Shown here: positions 1 to 13,704 of the stretch, piece by piece
How the letters are laid out: every line of letters starts with the position of its first letter
Position numbering within the stretch: position 1 is the stretch's first letter
Source of the DNA: Lama glama
Lineage: Eukaryota
Direction: 5' to 3'
Length of the DNA: 64,000 bases
NCBI GenBank assembly: GCA_028534125.1
Contig: CM052817.1
Location: forward strand, 61,072,001-61,136,000
Made by a program: the position numbers and the translations under genes
Notes under the pieces: model-generated
Databases searched by the model: none
Told to the model about the DNA's origin: nothing
What the model saw: only the letters and a program-made list of their open reading frames with translations

Positions 1-2464
1 AACTTACATAATGTTATAAATCAATGTGACCTCAATTAAAAAAAATGAAAAAGAATAGGCATTTCAGAAGAATCTCCAGTTACACAGCAGACAGGCATAT
101 TCTATGTGTCCACCAAAATTTACAGAATGATTCAAATTCTCCCTGGCATCAAGGAGAATAAAGTCTTATAGGCAAGTTTATCCACTTGAACTCCTGGATT
201 TTGTGTGAGAAAATAAATTAAATGCTCCATGAACATTATATGGATTATATGTTATACATATGAGCATTATTACTAAAAAGCAATGTGGCACTTCTGGCAG
301 AATAACACATTCGAGATATAAATGTTTTTTGGCCCCTGACTTTTATTCCCCTTTTCCTTTCCCTCATCCAGGTTGATGGTCTGCTCTTAATTCACTGTGC
401 TCTCAATACTCTTCAGTTCCTGAAGAGAGCCACAATGGAAAGAGAGCCATGATGGAAAACAGTTATTTATCAATCTTACTGCTATAGTTTCCTAAAGCCA
501 AACCCCTTGAGACAATGCAAGATGCCTCCAAAACAAAAGTCATGATGGAATTAGAAGCCTTTTTCCCAGGACTTAAGAAAAAAAGATTCCAGTATGGGAG
601 GATGAAACATCAAGAGAACAGTATGAGGGAGATGTTGTGGGTGGTGGAAAAAAGCGCCCTGCACTCTGTCCCTGCAGAGTCAGAAAAGAAATGCTGCACG
701 GAGCATTTAAGAAGACAGGCCACAGATACATTCATAGATTTCCACACTCTCATGCACCTTCAAAGCACCAGAAAGATCTGCACGTGGCAAAGGATAGTGG
801 AAAGTGATGGAGAGTGTCACCCAATTTGACAGAGGCCATGAGATGAGGAACAAGGGACATCTGAGTGGTTAGCAACCTGTATAGGAGAATGAGAAGTTAC
901 CATCAACTCCACAAGTGATTTCTTGGTCAGATACACCCCATCTCAACATCTTGGACCATGTGATCCCATCCTCCCATCCAACTTAAACACATCCCCCGCA
1001 AGATGACAGAGAATCACAGATTGACCAAGATTAATTGCCCACAGCCCTAAAAATTAGTTTGTACAAATGAATTTGTGAACTGAGAATCATGTTCAATGAC
1101 AACCCAGACAGAAAAGTCCTAAGCCTTCATACTTAGTAAGGAAACCTAAATAGTATTTACCATCTCATGGGGGAAAAAAGGTTTTAGGAATTCCAGGAAA
1201 CGTGTCTAGGAGTCAAAAAATCGATGTATTGCATTATCTGCAATAGATAAAGTTTTTCCTCTGCTTGTCAAAATTCGTTTCCATTTATGTCAACATTTGA
1301 GTCTTAGAAAATGACAGAGACCTATCAAAACTTCAGAGTAGTGATTTTAAAAATAGTGTCTTTGTGATGTTGTTATTTTACTATTCTTCTTCATTTTCTT
1401 ATCTTTCTTCCCAGGATAATACCAGAATGTAATTAGCACTGAACTTTAATACCTAAATTGGGTATTAAAATCAGATCAAGTTTTTCTTATTAAGGGCAGT
1501 GATCCATATTCTTTATTAAGGTATATAGTTAAGTCCTATATAAAGAATACAATCCATTTAATCCTTCCATTTTTAAAGGCTGTGATTTTATTCATCACAA
1601 AATGCCGCTGGCATTTAATTTTTCCTTCAAGGGTGCAAAAAGTTTTCCACTCTAATTTTTCAGCTAAATATTATCGTCTCCTTGCTGATTGGAGGACTAA
1701 AAATATAGCTACTGCTAGGGCTCTCTGACATTCACGTAGACATCTTGGGAACACTGATGGAACTGATAACAGGCCATTTTATAGGGCCTTAAAAGCTACT
1801 CAAGAAATGAACAAGGTCCATTAGAGTTTCTGTCATGTATATGATAGGGAAAAATATACCACCATAAGATCCACTCAATTGTCCTGCTGTGACAGCAGTA
1901 GCTATTGTGTGTGAGAGGTTTGGGGAAGGTGGCTCCACCTTGGTGTTTATGCTCTGCTGGCTAGTGGGAGTCTCAGGTACGGCATCCTAACAGAAGGCGC
2001 TTTGTGATAGGCTATCAGTGACAAACAAAAACGACAACGTGCAGCCCAGTGGTTTGACAAGAAGGAGAAACTCAACAAAAGGTGAATAACCTGCTGCAGT
2101 TTCCCGTTTCAGTCTAACATTTACTTCCTCACACAAAGCTTAGCTTGGTGTGTTGGTGTCCAAATCACATTTGAACCTTGTACAGAGTGATGAGAGTCGA
2201 GCTGAGATATTTTAAGTGGATTTCTTTTCTTTGTACCCTGTTTTGAACTGCTTTTCAACCTACAGATGTTTGGCAAAGCTGTCCAAACTAAGAAGCTGAA
2301 AGAAAAACATGGAAAAAGTATGTTCCCAGATTAATGTTTTATGCATGTGTGTATTTAATATATCCTATAGACCAGTCTTTGATGTATACATAATAATCTA
2401 ATAGATAAGCTTCTTTTTTTCTTATGAAAAAGACAGCAATTTCATCAAGATCTATATATAAACT

Positions 2465-2600
2465 CTTCAATAAATATTTATTGAGCACCTACTACTCAAT
2501 ATTATACTGCATCTTTACGAGACTGACAGATGCACAGTAACCAATACGTGGTATGATAACTTGCCTTCTGTAGGAAAACTGAGACATGTAGTCAAATAAT
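2465..2600 (-). mobile_element. L2 3'-end fragment (degraded)
   Basis: tcaataaatatttattgagcacctact is the reverse complement of the L2/MIR-type 3' tail. Confidence 0.55.
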
Positions 2601-2677
2601 TACAAAGTACGATACACTCTCATCTCTCATCAGTGTCACAGTCCCTATCAAGGTGCTTCCAAGCTTTTCCCATATTT

Positions 2678-2826
2678 TTTTTTTAAAGATTTTCTTGGGG
2701 AGTGGTCATTAGGTCTCCTTATTTATTTACTGTTAGTTCTTTTTTTTTTAATGGAGGGACTGGGTATTGAACCCAGGACCTTGTGCATGCTAAGCACATA
2801 CTCTACCACGGAGCAATACCCTCCCC
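2678..2826 (-). mobile_element. tRNA-derived SINE, camelid Vic-1-like
   Basis: Reverse strand has a tRNA-like head with B-box (GGTCCTGGGTTCAATACCCAG) and an A-rich tail; TSD tcccatattt at 2668-2677 and 2827-2836. Confidence 0.85.
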
Positions 2827-3199
2827 TCCCATATTTCTTAACTTAACAATTCTACCTTCTCATCTTCTCACTTCTGACACATGACACCATCTATTACCTG
2901 AGAAAACCCACATGAGAAAAGTCACTTCACCTGTTATCATATAGAATTTATTTTTTTAAAGATAATGTATCAGAGAAGCAGTGTAGGTGCCTATTCAAAC
3001 AGAACCTAACGGAATCTAATGGAAAATAGAGCTAGTCCTCAAACGTACAAGTTAAAACTCGAACTCAACTCGAATTCAGTGTTATACCAACATGTGATCA
3101 TTTTTTTTGTCTTCCTCCTAATTTCTCCCATCACTTATTCCAACTTTTGTTTCATTTTTATATTCTCTTGAAAGGGAAAATAAGGAAAATGAGCACGTT

Positions 3200-3375
3200 T
3201 CAGCCATACTTCTTATGCCAGGCCCTGTGCTAGCATTTTAGATAGTGTGTCTCATTGAATCCTCATCATACCCCTGTGAGGTCAGTAGTGTGACCTTCAC
3301 ACAGATAGGAACACTGAGGCTCAGCAAAGATCTCACAGCTAGATGGGATTCAAACACACATCTGCCTAAATAGAA
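3200..3375 (-). mobile_element. MIR SINE
   Basis: gccaggccctgtgcta...aatcctcat...gaacactgaggctcag...gggattcaaac matches the reverse MIR core. Confidence 0.8.
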
Positions 3376-3609
3376 AGTTCTTTATGCAGCCCTCTGACAC
3401 TCTTCGCCAGCCCAGCTCCTTCCACTGTACCTATGACAGGAAAGGAGTCAGGAAGGATGTTAGCTGCTTATGAATTACATCAAGTATTTCACACCTTTAT
3501 TATTGACACATGTTCAAGAGTTCTTGTTTTAAAAAAGCAGTCCTTAAAAAGTAGTCAATCTACTATTCTATATAGTTCCTTGCTTTCACTGCCAAATTTC
3601 ATTTTCAAA

Positions 3610-4120
3610 TAATATAGACATTTTAAAGCACAGTTTTAGATTTAGAGAATCATTGAGCAGATAATGCATAACATTCCATACAGTAACTCCCCACTCACCC
3701 TACACACAGTTTCCTCTATTACTAACATTTTGCTTTAGTATGGTTGATCTGTTAAAACTGATAAACCAGTATTGATACATTACTAACTAGAGTTCATGGT
3801 TTACATTAGTGTCACTCTTGGCGGTGTTGTACAGCATGATAGGTTTTAACAAACGAATAATGACATGTATTCATCATTATCGTACCATATAGAATAGATT
3901 CTAAAATCTCCCGTGCTCCACCTACTCATCCTGAGCCCCTAGCAACCACAGATCTTTTCACTGTCTCTATAATTTTGTCTTTTCCAAAATGTCATATAGT
4001 TGGAATCATACCATATGTAGCCTTTTCAGACTGGTTTCTTCCACTAAGCAATATGCATTTAAGGTTCCACCTTAGGAATCTTAGGAAAAATCTTTTCATG
4101 ACTTGATAGCTCTTTTTAAA
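3610..4120 (-). mobile_element. Old L1 3' UTR (L1MC-like)
   Basis: gcacagttttagatttagag, cccctagcaaccacagatctttt and ggaatcataccatatgtagccttttcagactgg are typical antisense L1MC 3' motifs. Confidence 0.8.
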
Positions 4121-4539
4121 AAATTGCTCTAAATACAATTTTTTTCAACACAAAATGGTAGAACCTACAATATGTCAGGCCCCATGATGAGTATTGAGGA
4201 TGGGACGTAGCTCCTACTCTCAAGGATCTTACTGCCTAGTGTTAGGAGAAAGGTATTTAAGCACAAAAAGTAATAACATCTTATAGGTATTATAATAGAA
4301 CTCTGTAGGGGTACAAAAGGCGGGCCAAGTGGGGAGAATTCAAATTTACTCCTGGTATAGAGAGTCAGGAATGGCTCCCTACAGCATTTGGTGTTTGCAC
4401 TGAGGGATCAGTGAGAGTCGGGGCAGAGCACCAGGAAAGGTTTTAGGTGGCCAGCAGGACATGCTTTGAGAGGTAAGAAGCCCAGACAGAAGCTGGTAGA
4501 CCTAGGTGTGAACAAGCTAACCTCTCAGGTCCCACCTTA

Positions 4540-4835
4540 GAGCCTGTGTTCTCTCTCACCTCCTTCGTGTCTCTTCTCAAATGTTACCTTATCACAGGCC
4601 TCCCCAGAACATCCTGGAGAAAGGGAGCATCTCCTTCCCACCTCACACTCTTTTCTCCTTACCCTCCTTCTTTTTCTCCATAGCAATTCTCAGCTGTAAT
4701 GTGTTAAATATGTATTTGGATGTGTATGGTCTGCCTTCTCCCACCAGAGCATGTGGCCCTAGGAGCAGACACTTCAGCTTTGTTCATGTTTGGCCCACAG
4801 TAGGCCTGCAATAAGCATTTGCTGAGTGAATTAAT
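4540..4835 (+). mobile_element. L2 3'-end fragment
   Basis: Ends gcccacagtaggcctgcaataagcatttgctgagtgaat (L2 tail). Confidence 0.65.
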
Positions 4836-5589
4836 ATGCTTATAGAGAAAAAATGCTATAAAAGAATGTATTAACTCTTACAGGTAAACAAGGGAACATT
4901 TTAACCCTGATTTACGTATTTCCCACAACTGCTATTAAATACACAATATTTTAATTCCCCAAATTCTCATATTGTTTTATTTCTCTACATTATATTGAGA
5001 GGGAGAAAAAGAAATCTCAAGAGCTTTCCAAAATGTCAGACAACTTTATTGACCTTCCCACACTGTAATTTTGATGAAACTTTTTTCCTAATACTAATTC
5101 AAGGCCTGCTCTAATAAATACTCCTTTCTACAATAGAGCCTGGCACTTATTCAAAATGAGGATGTGTTAAGTTACTTAAATAATTACCCTAGAGAGCAGC
5201 TGAAGATTGGCACCCAAAATATATTTTATATACAGCACATCTTATGACCTTCAGAGCTCAAAATTTTTAAATTCTCTTTTGTGGTTAGGTCCTAGGGGCT
5301 ATAATTAGTATATTTTCTGGGAATGTTGTCTTGGAGGAGGGGGTGTGAAGAAGCAGCATGCTTTGAGCACTGCTGTGTGCAACGTGCTTCAGATTTTCCT
5401 GCTCCCAGACATGCCTGAAGCCTGAGCACTGATTCAATGATGAAAATGAGAGGGAGGAGATGATTCTGCTGTGTGGCCGTAATGACTGTTTCAGTTTTAG
5501 ACAGAGTTGCCCAGGGTATTACTTCCCCAGGGAGCATTCTATGAAAAGCATGGGTTTTCTTAATCCCTTGTCTTCTCAGTTCTTAGATC

Positions 5590-7845
5590 TTTTCTCTGAT
5601 CTTTTTCTCTAGCCAACTGCATTCATCCACATCCAATGCCATAACACTGGACCTTGATATCACTAACAAATATACCACAGCAAAAATAATCTCAATGTCA
5701 AGCTCCCAACTTTTTGACATGCATCCCTTCCCTGCTCCTCTGCCTTCCCCACCTCCAGTGCCAGCAACGATTCAGTTGAGTGAAGAGAGGTGAAGGGTTT
5801 TCCATTTCCATCATTTCACATCCTCGTTTCTTACCTCTCCCAGTCTAGATGCCATGGATGATTATTACAATCAACTTGCCTTTAACTCTTTTGTCCCTCA
5901 CTCCCTCTTTCCCACTTAATTATACCCCAACTCTGATTAAACTCAACTGTCCACTTTCTCTGCACCTCTGCCCCAGAAGCTGAATGTTGCTGGAGAAAAT
6001 CAACAACATGTAGATAGATCTTTCTCTCAATTTATGATCAACAATCTTAGAAGAGCACTCACAAGCGCCCAGGAATCCTACTGCATTTCTCATTATTTGA
6101 AACAAGTTTCAGATCTCCTTTTTCTTCAGACCTTCAAAACCCCCTCCCCTCTACAGCCCATGAACCCACTTCTTTCTTCCCTGAGAAAAGAGCAGCAATC
6201 AGATGGGAACTCCTTCAACTTCCCACCGCCAACTTTATTAACTTATCTGCATCTACACTCTCATTCTCTGCCTTCCTCTTACTACAATGGAAAAAAATTT
6301 CCCTGTGTCTAAAAATGTCAACCCCTCCCTTTATTTTCTGGATTTCATCTCCTCTTCCCATGTTCAAGAAATTCAAGCCTGCAATTATCGTGTGACTCTC
6401 CATGTATCATTAGACTCTGTTTACTAGAGCATTCCTATAAACATACACATACAAACTCTCCATTAAAAAAAAAGTACTCCTTTGATTTCATGTTATATTT
6501 CAGTCATTATCTCATTTTTCTGACCCCTTCGCAGCAACAAATATCAAGAGATGCCTAGATTTACTAACTTTCTTCTACCATCTCACTTTTTATCCTCAGC
6601 CCACCCCAGTCATGTTTATCTCACCTCAAACCACTGAAATTGTACTTGTCAAGGTCAAAATAATGCCCAGGATGTAAAATTAATGGTCATTTCTCTGCCC
6701 TTATCTGACTCGAACTTGCAGCAATTTCCTTTCTTCTTGTAACACTTTATTCCCTTTAATTCCACGTTAGAGCATTGTCCACGTTTTTCTCCCATCGAAA
6801 TGGACTCTCTTTTCAGCCTTTTTCTGTCTCAGTGCTGAGCCTCTTTCACTTCTTCATCTAGACTCTCTGCTGAGATCTCATTCAGTCCCATAACTTTATT
6901 ATCTGTGTGCTGTTGACTTTCCATTTTGAATCTTCAGTTTTGAGCCCCACCACTGAGTTCCTAATCTTGTTTCTCTCCTTTGCTTTTCAAATAAAGAATA
7001 AAGCAAATAAGGAGCATCACTTTCCAACCATTTATTCAAGCAAAATTCGTAGAAGACATCCTTGACTCTTATTGATCTCTTACACCACCTACCTCACCTA
7101 CACAGATACTTCCTAAACAAGCATCAAGTCTGTCCAACTATATCTCACAAATATCCCTTTTATCTGTCCACTTCTCTTCAGTTCTGCTGCTACTACTCTT
7201 GTTCATGCCACTGCCATCTTTTGCTAATAGCACTGCAGTAGCCTCTAACCACTCTTCTTGCTTCCTTTATAGAGCTTCCAAAATCTATTCTCCACACAGC
7301 AATCCAAGTGAACTTTCTACAGTGTAAATAGTGTAACTTTAAGTCCCTTAAAACTCACCAATGGTTTCCTTTTCCACTTGGAATCAATTGCAAACATTTT
7401 GTTTGTTTTGCCTAAATGGCCTTTTATCCTAGTCTATCCCTCCAACCTCAGCACATCCTGCTCTTCCTATTCCTCATTATGACCCAGCCACACATGCTGG
7501 CCTTTTTTGTTTCCCAAACTCCCTCCCAACTCAAAGCCTTTGAAATTGCTTTTCTTTCTGTCTAGCATGCTCTTTGTTAAGAAATGTCATTGCTAAATAC
7601 GTTATCCAGCATGAATTTTCCCTCCAGTTACTATTATCAAGTGACTATGTTTTATTTTTCTCATACCATTTATTATCTAAAATTATATTATAGCTTTAAT
7701 TTGCTATCTGTTTTCCTCCCTCTAGAGTAAAAAACTTTACGACAACATGGATCTTGAACACTGTCTCATTCACTCTTCTGTTCAACTAATGTAAAGCAGA
7801 TATCCTATCCAAAAAAGGTGATTAGAATTATTTGTTGAATGAATA
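5590..7845 (+). mobile_element. Long degraded L2 LINE (ORF2 remnant plus 3' end)
   Basis: Pyrimidine-rich L2 motifs (ccactgaaattgtacttgtcaaggtca, atctcattcagtccca, ctattctccacacagcaatcc); ends tatttgttgaatgaat. Confidence 0.8.
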
Positions 7846-8699
7846 TTGGAGCTCAGTTGTTATTGCTAAATAATACATACTATTAAGTATCAAGATTATT
7901 AGACCATTTTGCTCTTTTTACCTTGGAATTAATACTTGAAATCCAGTATTTGGACTGCGACATTGTACTTCAGGATTCCCAAGAAGGTTCACTGCAACAA
8001 AAACATACATCAGTGCAAATTATTTTTACATTAAAATAAATATAAACACCATCATTTTACACATATTAAAAAAGTAATTGTGTATGCAAATAACCTACAA
8101 AATGATAAAAGTTAATCAGTAAGCCTCAGGACTCGATAATTTTTCTATTATCTTTATCTCAACTACTATAGATTCTCCAGAGCTACAGCAGTTTGCAGAT
8201 AGACTCTAAAATTATAAAAATACTAGAGTTTTCACAAGAAATAAACCCCAAGAGTCATAATGCTTCTGCCAACATGATGCTGAAACCAAAGCAAAATGCT
8301 TCAAAGTCACCATTTTGCCTAGAGTTTTAGCCTATATCAAGTTAACTTCAAAAATATTTTAATCTTACTGTTTTAGCCCATGTATTTTCTATATACTCCA
8401 CTGACTGCAAGACCACTTTAATATTCTTTGTATCTAATAGTAAGAAATATGGTGAAGAATTAGTATAGCATTGTAATAATCCAAATACTGGAAATAGGAA
8501 AAACTGAGGAAAATCCAAAGAATTGCTAAGAAATAACTACAAGCTATTATCACATTTTAAATACTATATTCTAGAGAATAATGATAATAAACACAAAATT
8601 AGAAAAATAATAACAATCTGTACACAATAAAAATTTGATCTACAGATTTAACTTAAAAAATTCAATTTCATAGCAAATTATTGAATGGAGATATAAAGT

Positions 8700-8825
8700 T
8701 TATTAAAGTTATTGAAATTGATATCAATTGTGATGGATCACAACATTATGAATGTACCAAATGTCACTAAATGGTACCTTTAAAATACTGCTTAAAATGG
8801 CAAATTTTACCACAATTTTTTAAAG
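8700..8825 (+). mobile_element. Old L1 3'-terminal fragment (L1MB-like)
   Basis: gatggatcacaacattatgaatgtaccaaatgtcactaaatggtacctttaaaa resembles an L1MB terminus. Confidence 0.55.
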
Positions 8826-9589
8826 GTACTGTACCGTACAAAACTAAGTAACTAGTATAAAAGCATACCAAAATTTTTAAATCATATGGAAATACTTAGA
8901 TTAACTAGTCCTTTCTTCCAAGTTCATTCTTAACAAACATGGTAAAAAATATTATATCAGAACTTAAAAAGAAAAAAAAACCTTCCTTGTAAAATACACA
9001 TGATAAAGACTTATATTAGAGGAATTATTTCAGTATAATAAATGTTAAATGTAAAATAGAGAACACAATTTAACTTCTCTGTTAAAAAATGATAAAAAGG
9101 ATTCATTTGACTTACTTGAGTTTACTTTAGAAAATACACTGCAAATTTATGTCTTTGTTTTTGATTAAAGGCAAAGTCAAAGAGATTAAATAGTTTTATA
9201 CTCAAATATAACTGTTCTTCAAGCAAAACCCAGAAAAACTTCCAATTTCTGGTCCAAGGAGATGAAAAGGGGATCTCTGCTGGTTGAGGGAGAGGGAGAA
9301 ATATCCTGGTATTTTTTTTCCCATTCCTCCCTTAGCCATGGGGGCAGACAAAGGTATGAGGAGTGTGCAGTACAGTATGTAACTAAAACTCAGTGTTCTA
9401 GCAAGATGACCAAGAAACGGAAACTCTAGGAATCAGATGTATTGGGGAGATTGAGAATTAAAAAGAGCTCAAGAAAGTAATCTAATAGATTTGTGTATGA
9501 CCTCCTAGACTTGATCTTGAGCTGCACATGTATGGATCTGACCCTAAACAGAATCCCAAAGGCTTTGAGAAATGAACTACAGGATAGAC

Positions 9590-11255
9590 ACTGCCTATAT
9601 TTCAACTCTTACCAAAAACAGAAGGGAGAACATTTTTCAACTGATTCAATAAGCCCAGAACAATCCTGATATGAGAACAAAACAAAGTTATTACAAGAAA
9701 AGAAGACTGTGGAATAATTTCCTTCATGAAGAAATAAAGAATAGAAAAATAATATGGAAAACAAATGAAACTTAAAGTTGGCTCTCCGATTATCTTAAGA
9801 ACATTGGCAAACCTTTAATTGGATTGATCAACAAAAAGAGAAGACTCAAAATCAGGAATGAAAGTAGGAACATTACTACTGAACTCACAGAAATGAAAAG
9901 GATTGAAATTAAACACTATGAATGATTGTATTGGAATAAATTAGATAACTTAGATGAATGGATAAATTTCTAAAAATATACAAATCACCAAAACTTAATA
10001 AAAAAATAGAAAATATAAACATAACAATAACAAGTAGAGAGATTGATTCCATAATCAAAAAATTTCCAACAAAAGAAAGGCCAAGAACAAATGGCAAATT
10101 CTATTAGACATCTGAAGAAGAATTAACATCAATCCTTCTCAGACTCATCCAAAAAATAGTAAAGGAGGGAACACTTTCTAACTCAATTGTATGAGGCCCA
10201 TATTACTCTTCCACCAAAACCAGATAAAGACATCACAAGAAAAGAAAACTACAGATCAGTTTGCATATGGATCCAAAAATCCTCAACAAAATACTAACAA
10301 AGTGAACCCAGCAGCATATAAAAGGATTGCATAGCAGGATAAGTGGTATTTAGCCCAAGAAGGCAAGGTTGGATAAACATATGAAAATCATTCAATGTAA
10401 CACATGATATTAATAAAATGAAGGAATAAAAAACATATGATTATCTCAATATATGCAGTAAAAACATTTTGCAAAATCCAACATCCTCTCATGATAAAAA
10501 ATACACTCAACAAACTAGAAATTGAAGGGAAATTCCTTGCTACTGTAAAGCATGGGGAACTCTGTATCCTGTAGTAACCTATAATAAAAAAGAATATGAA
10601 AAGGAATATATCTATGTATATGTATATGTATGACTGAGACATACTGTTATACCAGAAATTGACACATTGTAAACTGACTATAATTCAAATAAAACATTTT
10701 TAAAAATAGGCAAAACACTTGAAAAGAGACTCCTTCAAAGAAGATATACAACAAGCAGAGGAACAATGCTCAACATCATTAGTTGTTAGGGACATGCTAA
10801 CCAAAGCCACGATGAGATACCACTTCATGCTTACTAGAATGACTAGGATAACAGAAGCAGAAAATAACAAGTGTTGGTAAGAACTTGAAGAAATTAAAAT
10901 CCTCATACTTTGCTTGCAGGAATGTAAAATGTTTTAGGTTGCTGTGGAAATGGTTTGGCAGTTTCTCAAAAGTTAAACCTAGAACTGCTATATGACCCAG
11001 TAATTTCAATTCTAGCTATATACTCAAGAGAAATAAAATCGTGTGTTCCCACAAAAATGTCCATAGCAGTATTATTCATAATGGCAAAAAGGTGGAAATA
11101 ATCCAAATGTTCATCAGTTGAAGAACAGATAAACAAAATGTGGTACAGCCATACACAGTGAAGCTAAGTAAGGCTACATGCAATCTCTCTGTATTATTTC
11201 CTATAACTGTATGTGAATCTACAATTATATCAAAATAAAATGTTCAATTAAATAA
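9590..11255 (+). mobile_element. Old L1 (fragmented ORF2 plus 3' end)
   Basis: A-rich ORF2 motifs (aatcaggaatgaaagtaggaacattactact, gatgaatggataaatttcta, caaaaatcctcaacaaaatacta, atgagataccacttca); 3' end gtgaatctacaattatatcaaaataaaa. Confidence 0.9.
10541..10697 (+). mobile_element. Younger lineage-specific L1 3' end nested in the old L1
   Basis: cagaaattgacacattgtaaactgactataattcaaataaaa terminus, also seen at 62546-62606 and 24690-24930. Confidence 0.75.
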
Positions 11256-11369
11256 ATCTTACTTCTTTATTATTATTTTATATTATTGTATATATTTATA
11301 TATATGTTATAATATATTTATATTATATTATTATTTCTACAATAATTTAAAGCTAAATTTAAAAAATAC

Positions 11370-12610
11370 CATGTATAGTGTCTCTTAAAAATACTTAAAC
11401 ATAAAAGTAATAAAGCACATACAGGATCTATATGCTGCAAACTACAAAATGCTACTGAAAGAAATTAAAGGACCAAACAAATAGAGAGATGTAACTTGTT
11501 TGTGGATTGGAAGATTCAGTATACATAAAACATCAATTCAGATGTTCCCTAAATTGATCTATATGCTTAACAGAATTCTAGTCAAAATCTCATCACAATT
11601 TTTTGTAGATATTGAAAAGCCAACTATAATTAGTACCTAGAAGAATCTAAATAATTTTCTAAAGAAGAATATAGTTAGAAGATTCACACTACCCAATTTT
11701 AAGACTTACTATAAACCTATAGTTACCAAGATAGTGAATAAACAACAGAAAAAATAGAGATTCCAGAAAGAGAACAACATAAAATACAATCAATTGATTT
11801 TTTACAATGATACAAAGACTATTCAAAGGAGTGAGGACAGTATTTTCCACAAGTGGCTATTGAAAACATTGAATATCCATATGTAGAAAAATAAGCCTCA
11901 ACCTAAATCTTATATAAAAATTAACTTAAAATGGCTCATAGATCTAAATATAAAACTTCAAAATTTTCAGAAGAAAACACAGGAGAAAATCTTCATGACT
12001 GGGATTAGGCAAAGAGTTGTTAGATACTATGCCAAAAGCATAATCTAAAAAAGTATAAATTAGTGGACTTGATCAAAAGGTAAAACTTTGACTTTGTGAA
12101 AGACCCTATTAGGAGAATAAAAAGATAAGCTACAGACTGCAAAAAAACATTTGTAAATAACATATCCAACAAAGGATTTGTATCCAGAATTTATTTTAAA
12201 AAACTCAAAAACTCAAGAATAAAACACAAATAATGCCACCAACAAAAAAAGGCAAAAAACCTGTACAGACATATATACCAATAGGGGTGCACAATGATAA
12301 ATAAGTATACAACAAGATGCTCAACATCATTTGCCATTAAGGAAAGGCAAATTAAATCTACAATGAGATATCACTATACACCTATCAGAATGGCTTAACT
12401 GAGCATACCAAGTACTGACAAGGATGCTGACCAGCTGAAATTCCCATACTTGCTGATGGCAAGGCAAAATGGTATAGCCACTCTGGAAAATAGTTTGTTG
12501 GTTTCCTTAAAAACCAAATGTACACTTATCATATGACCCAGGAATTGCACTCCTGGACATTTATTCCAGAGAAATGAAAACACAAAAACTTGTACATAAA
12601 TATTCCTGGT
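11370..12610 (+). mobile_element. Old L1 ORF2 3' half (L1MC/MD-like)
   Basis: aaactacaaaatgctactgaaagaaattaaag, tggattggaagattcagtat, aagacttactataaacctatagt, tatgacccaggaattgcactcctgg. Confidence 0.9.
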
Positions 12611-12669
12611 TACTATTAGAAATTTTTAAATTACATTCCAAGTTTGCCTTGGATTGCTATTAGATGGTG

Positions 12670-13545
12670 CAACTATAGACTCTCACACTCAACTGCCTGC
12701 TATACATCTCTTGGATGTCCCACAAGCATCTTAAACTCAATTTGATTCAATATGTCAATATGTCCCAAATTCAACTCACCATCTTTTCCCTAAAACCTCT
12801 TTTTTTTTTCTTGATTACTGGCAGCATAACACACTAATTCAAACAAAAATCTGAGTAGTCATCCTAGACTCTTAAATCACTCAACAGCTCATCAGTCATC
12901 AGGCTCCATATTTTCTACCTCCTTAATCACTCTCAAATCTGTACACTATTCTGATTTTTATTGTCTCTTTATTTCATCTCTTCTTACTCTGACCCCTGCA
13001 TAGCCCCTAACTAGCCTCTTTACCCTTCCTCTCACCACCCCAATTCCCATCTCCCTCAGTCCATTATTCACTCTGATGGCAGACTAATGTTTCTACAATT
13101 CAGTTTCAATTACGTCACTCTCCAATTTGAATTACTTCAGTAGCTTCTTTGAAACTTTAAAAATAAAATTTAGACTCCAAAGTTTGACCTAAACAGCCCT
13201 TATTATCTTGTTTCTTGCCTCTGTGCTTTCAGAGTGCTTTTTACCTTATCTGGACTGTAATTCCCAACTTCATCATTTTAGTTCACTTACTAGTTACCTT
13301 AAATTTTACCTCCCACAAAAATCCTCCTTAAGTTCCACTCCCCAAACATCCTCTATATATTTTCATCTGCCAGCACTTGGACTAGCTGCCTCTTAGTTCA
13401 TTTACCAGTTAGTCCTGCTGAACTAGATTCTCTGAAATCAGGGTCATTTTGTCATGGTGGTGGTTGTTATTGTTGCTGTTGTTACTTAACACATCTGAAA
13501 CCTTACACCTAAAAGGCACTCAGCAAATATTTACTAAATTAGTAA
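12670..13545 (+). mobile_element. L2 LINE 3' portion
   Basis: cttggatgtcccacaagcatcttaaactcaa, gtcatcctagactc; tail aggcactcagcaaatatttactaaat. Confidence 0.7.
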
Positions 13546-13704
13546 GACAAAGGCATCTTCCTCTTTCTTTGTTTCTCCTTTTCTATCTTTCCTCAATCAC
13601 ACCTCTGGAGAACACAATTCATAGTTTGATAGAAGTGCCAGGTAAGTGAAAAATAATTATAAAGCAACATAGTAAGTGCTAAAAGAAGAGGAAATGATAG
13701 TTTT

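Noticed and set aside
515..829. 104-aa ORF
   Set aside because: No recognisable domain or splice context; ORFs of this length arise by chance, and the region may be decayed repeat.
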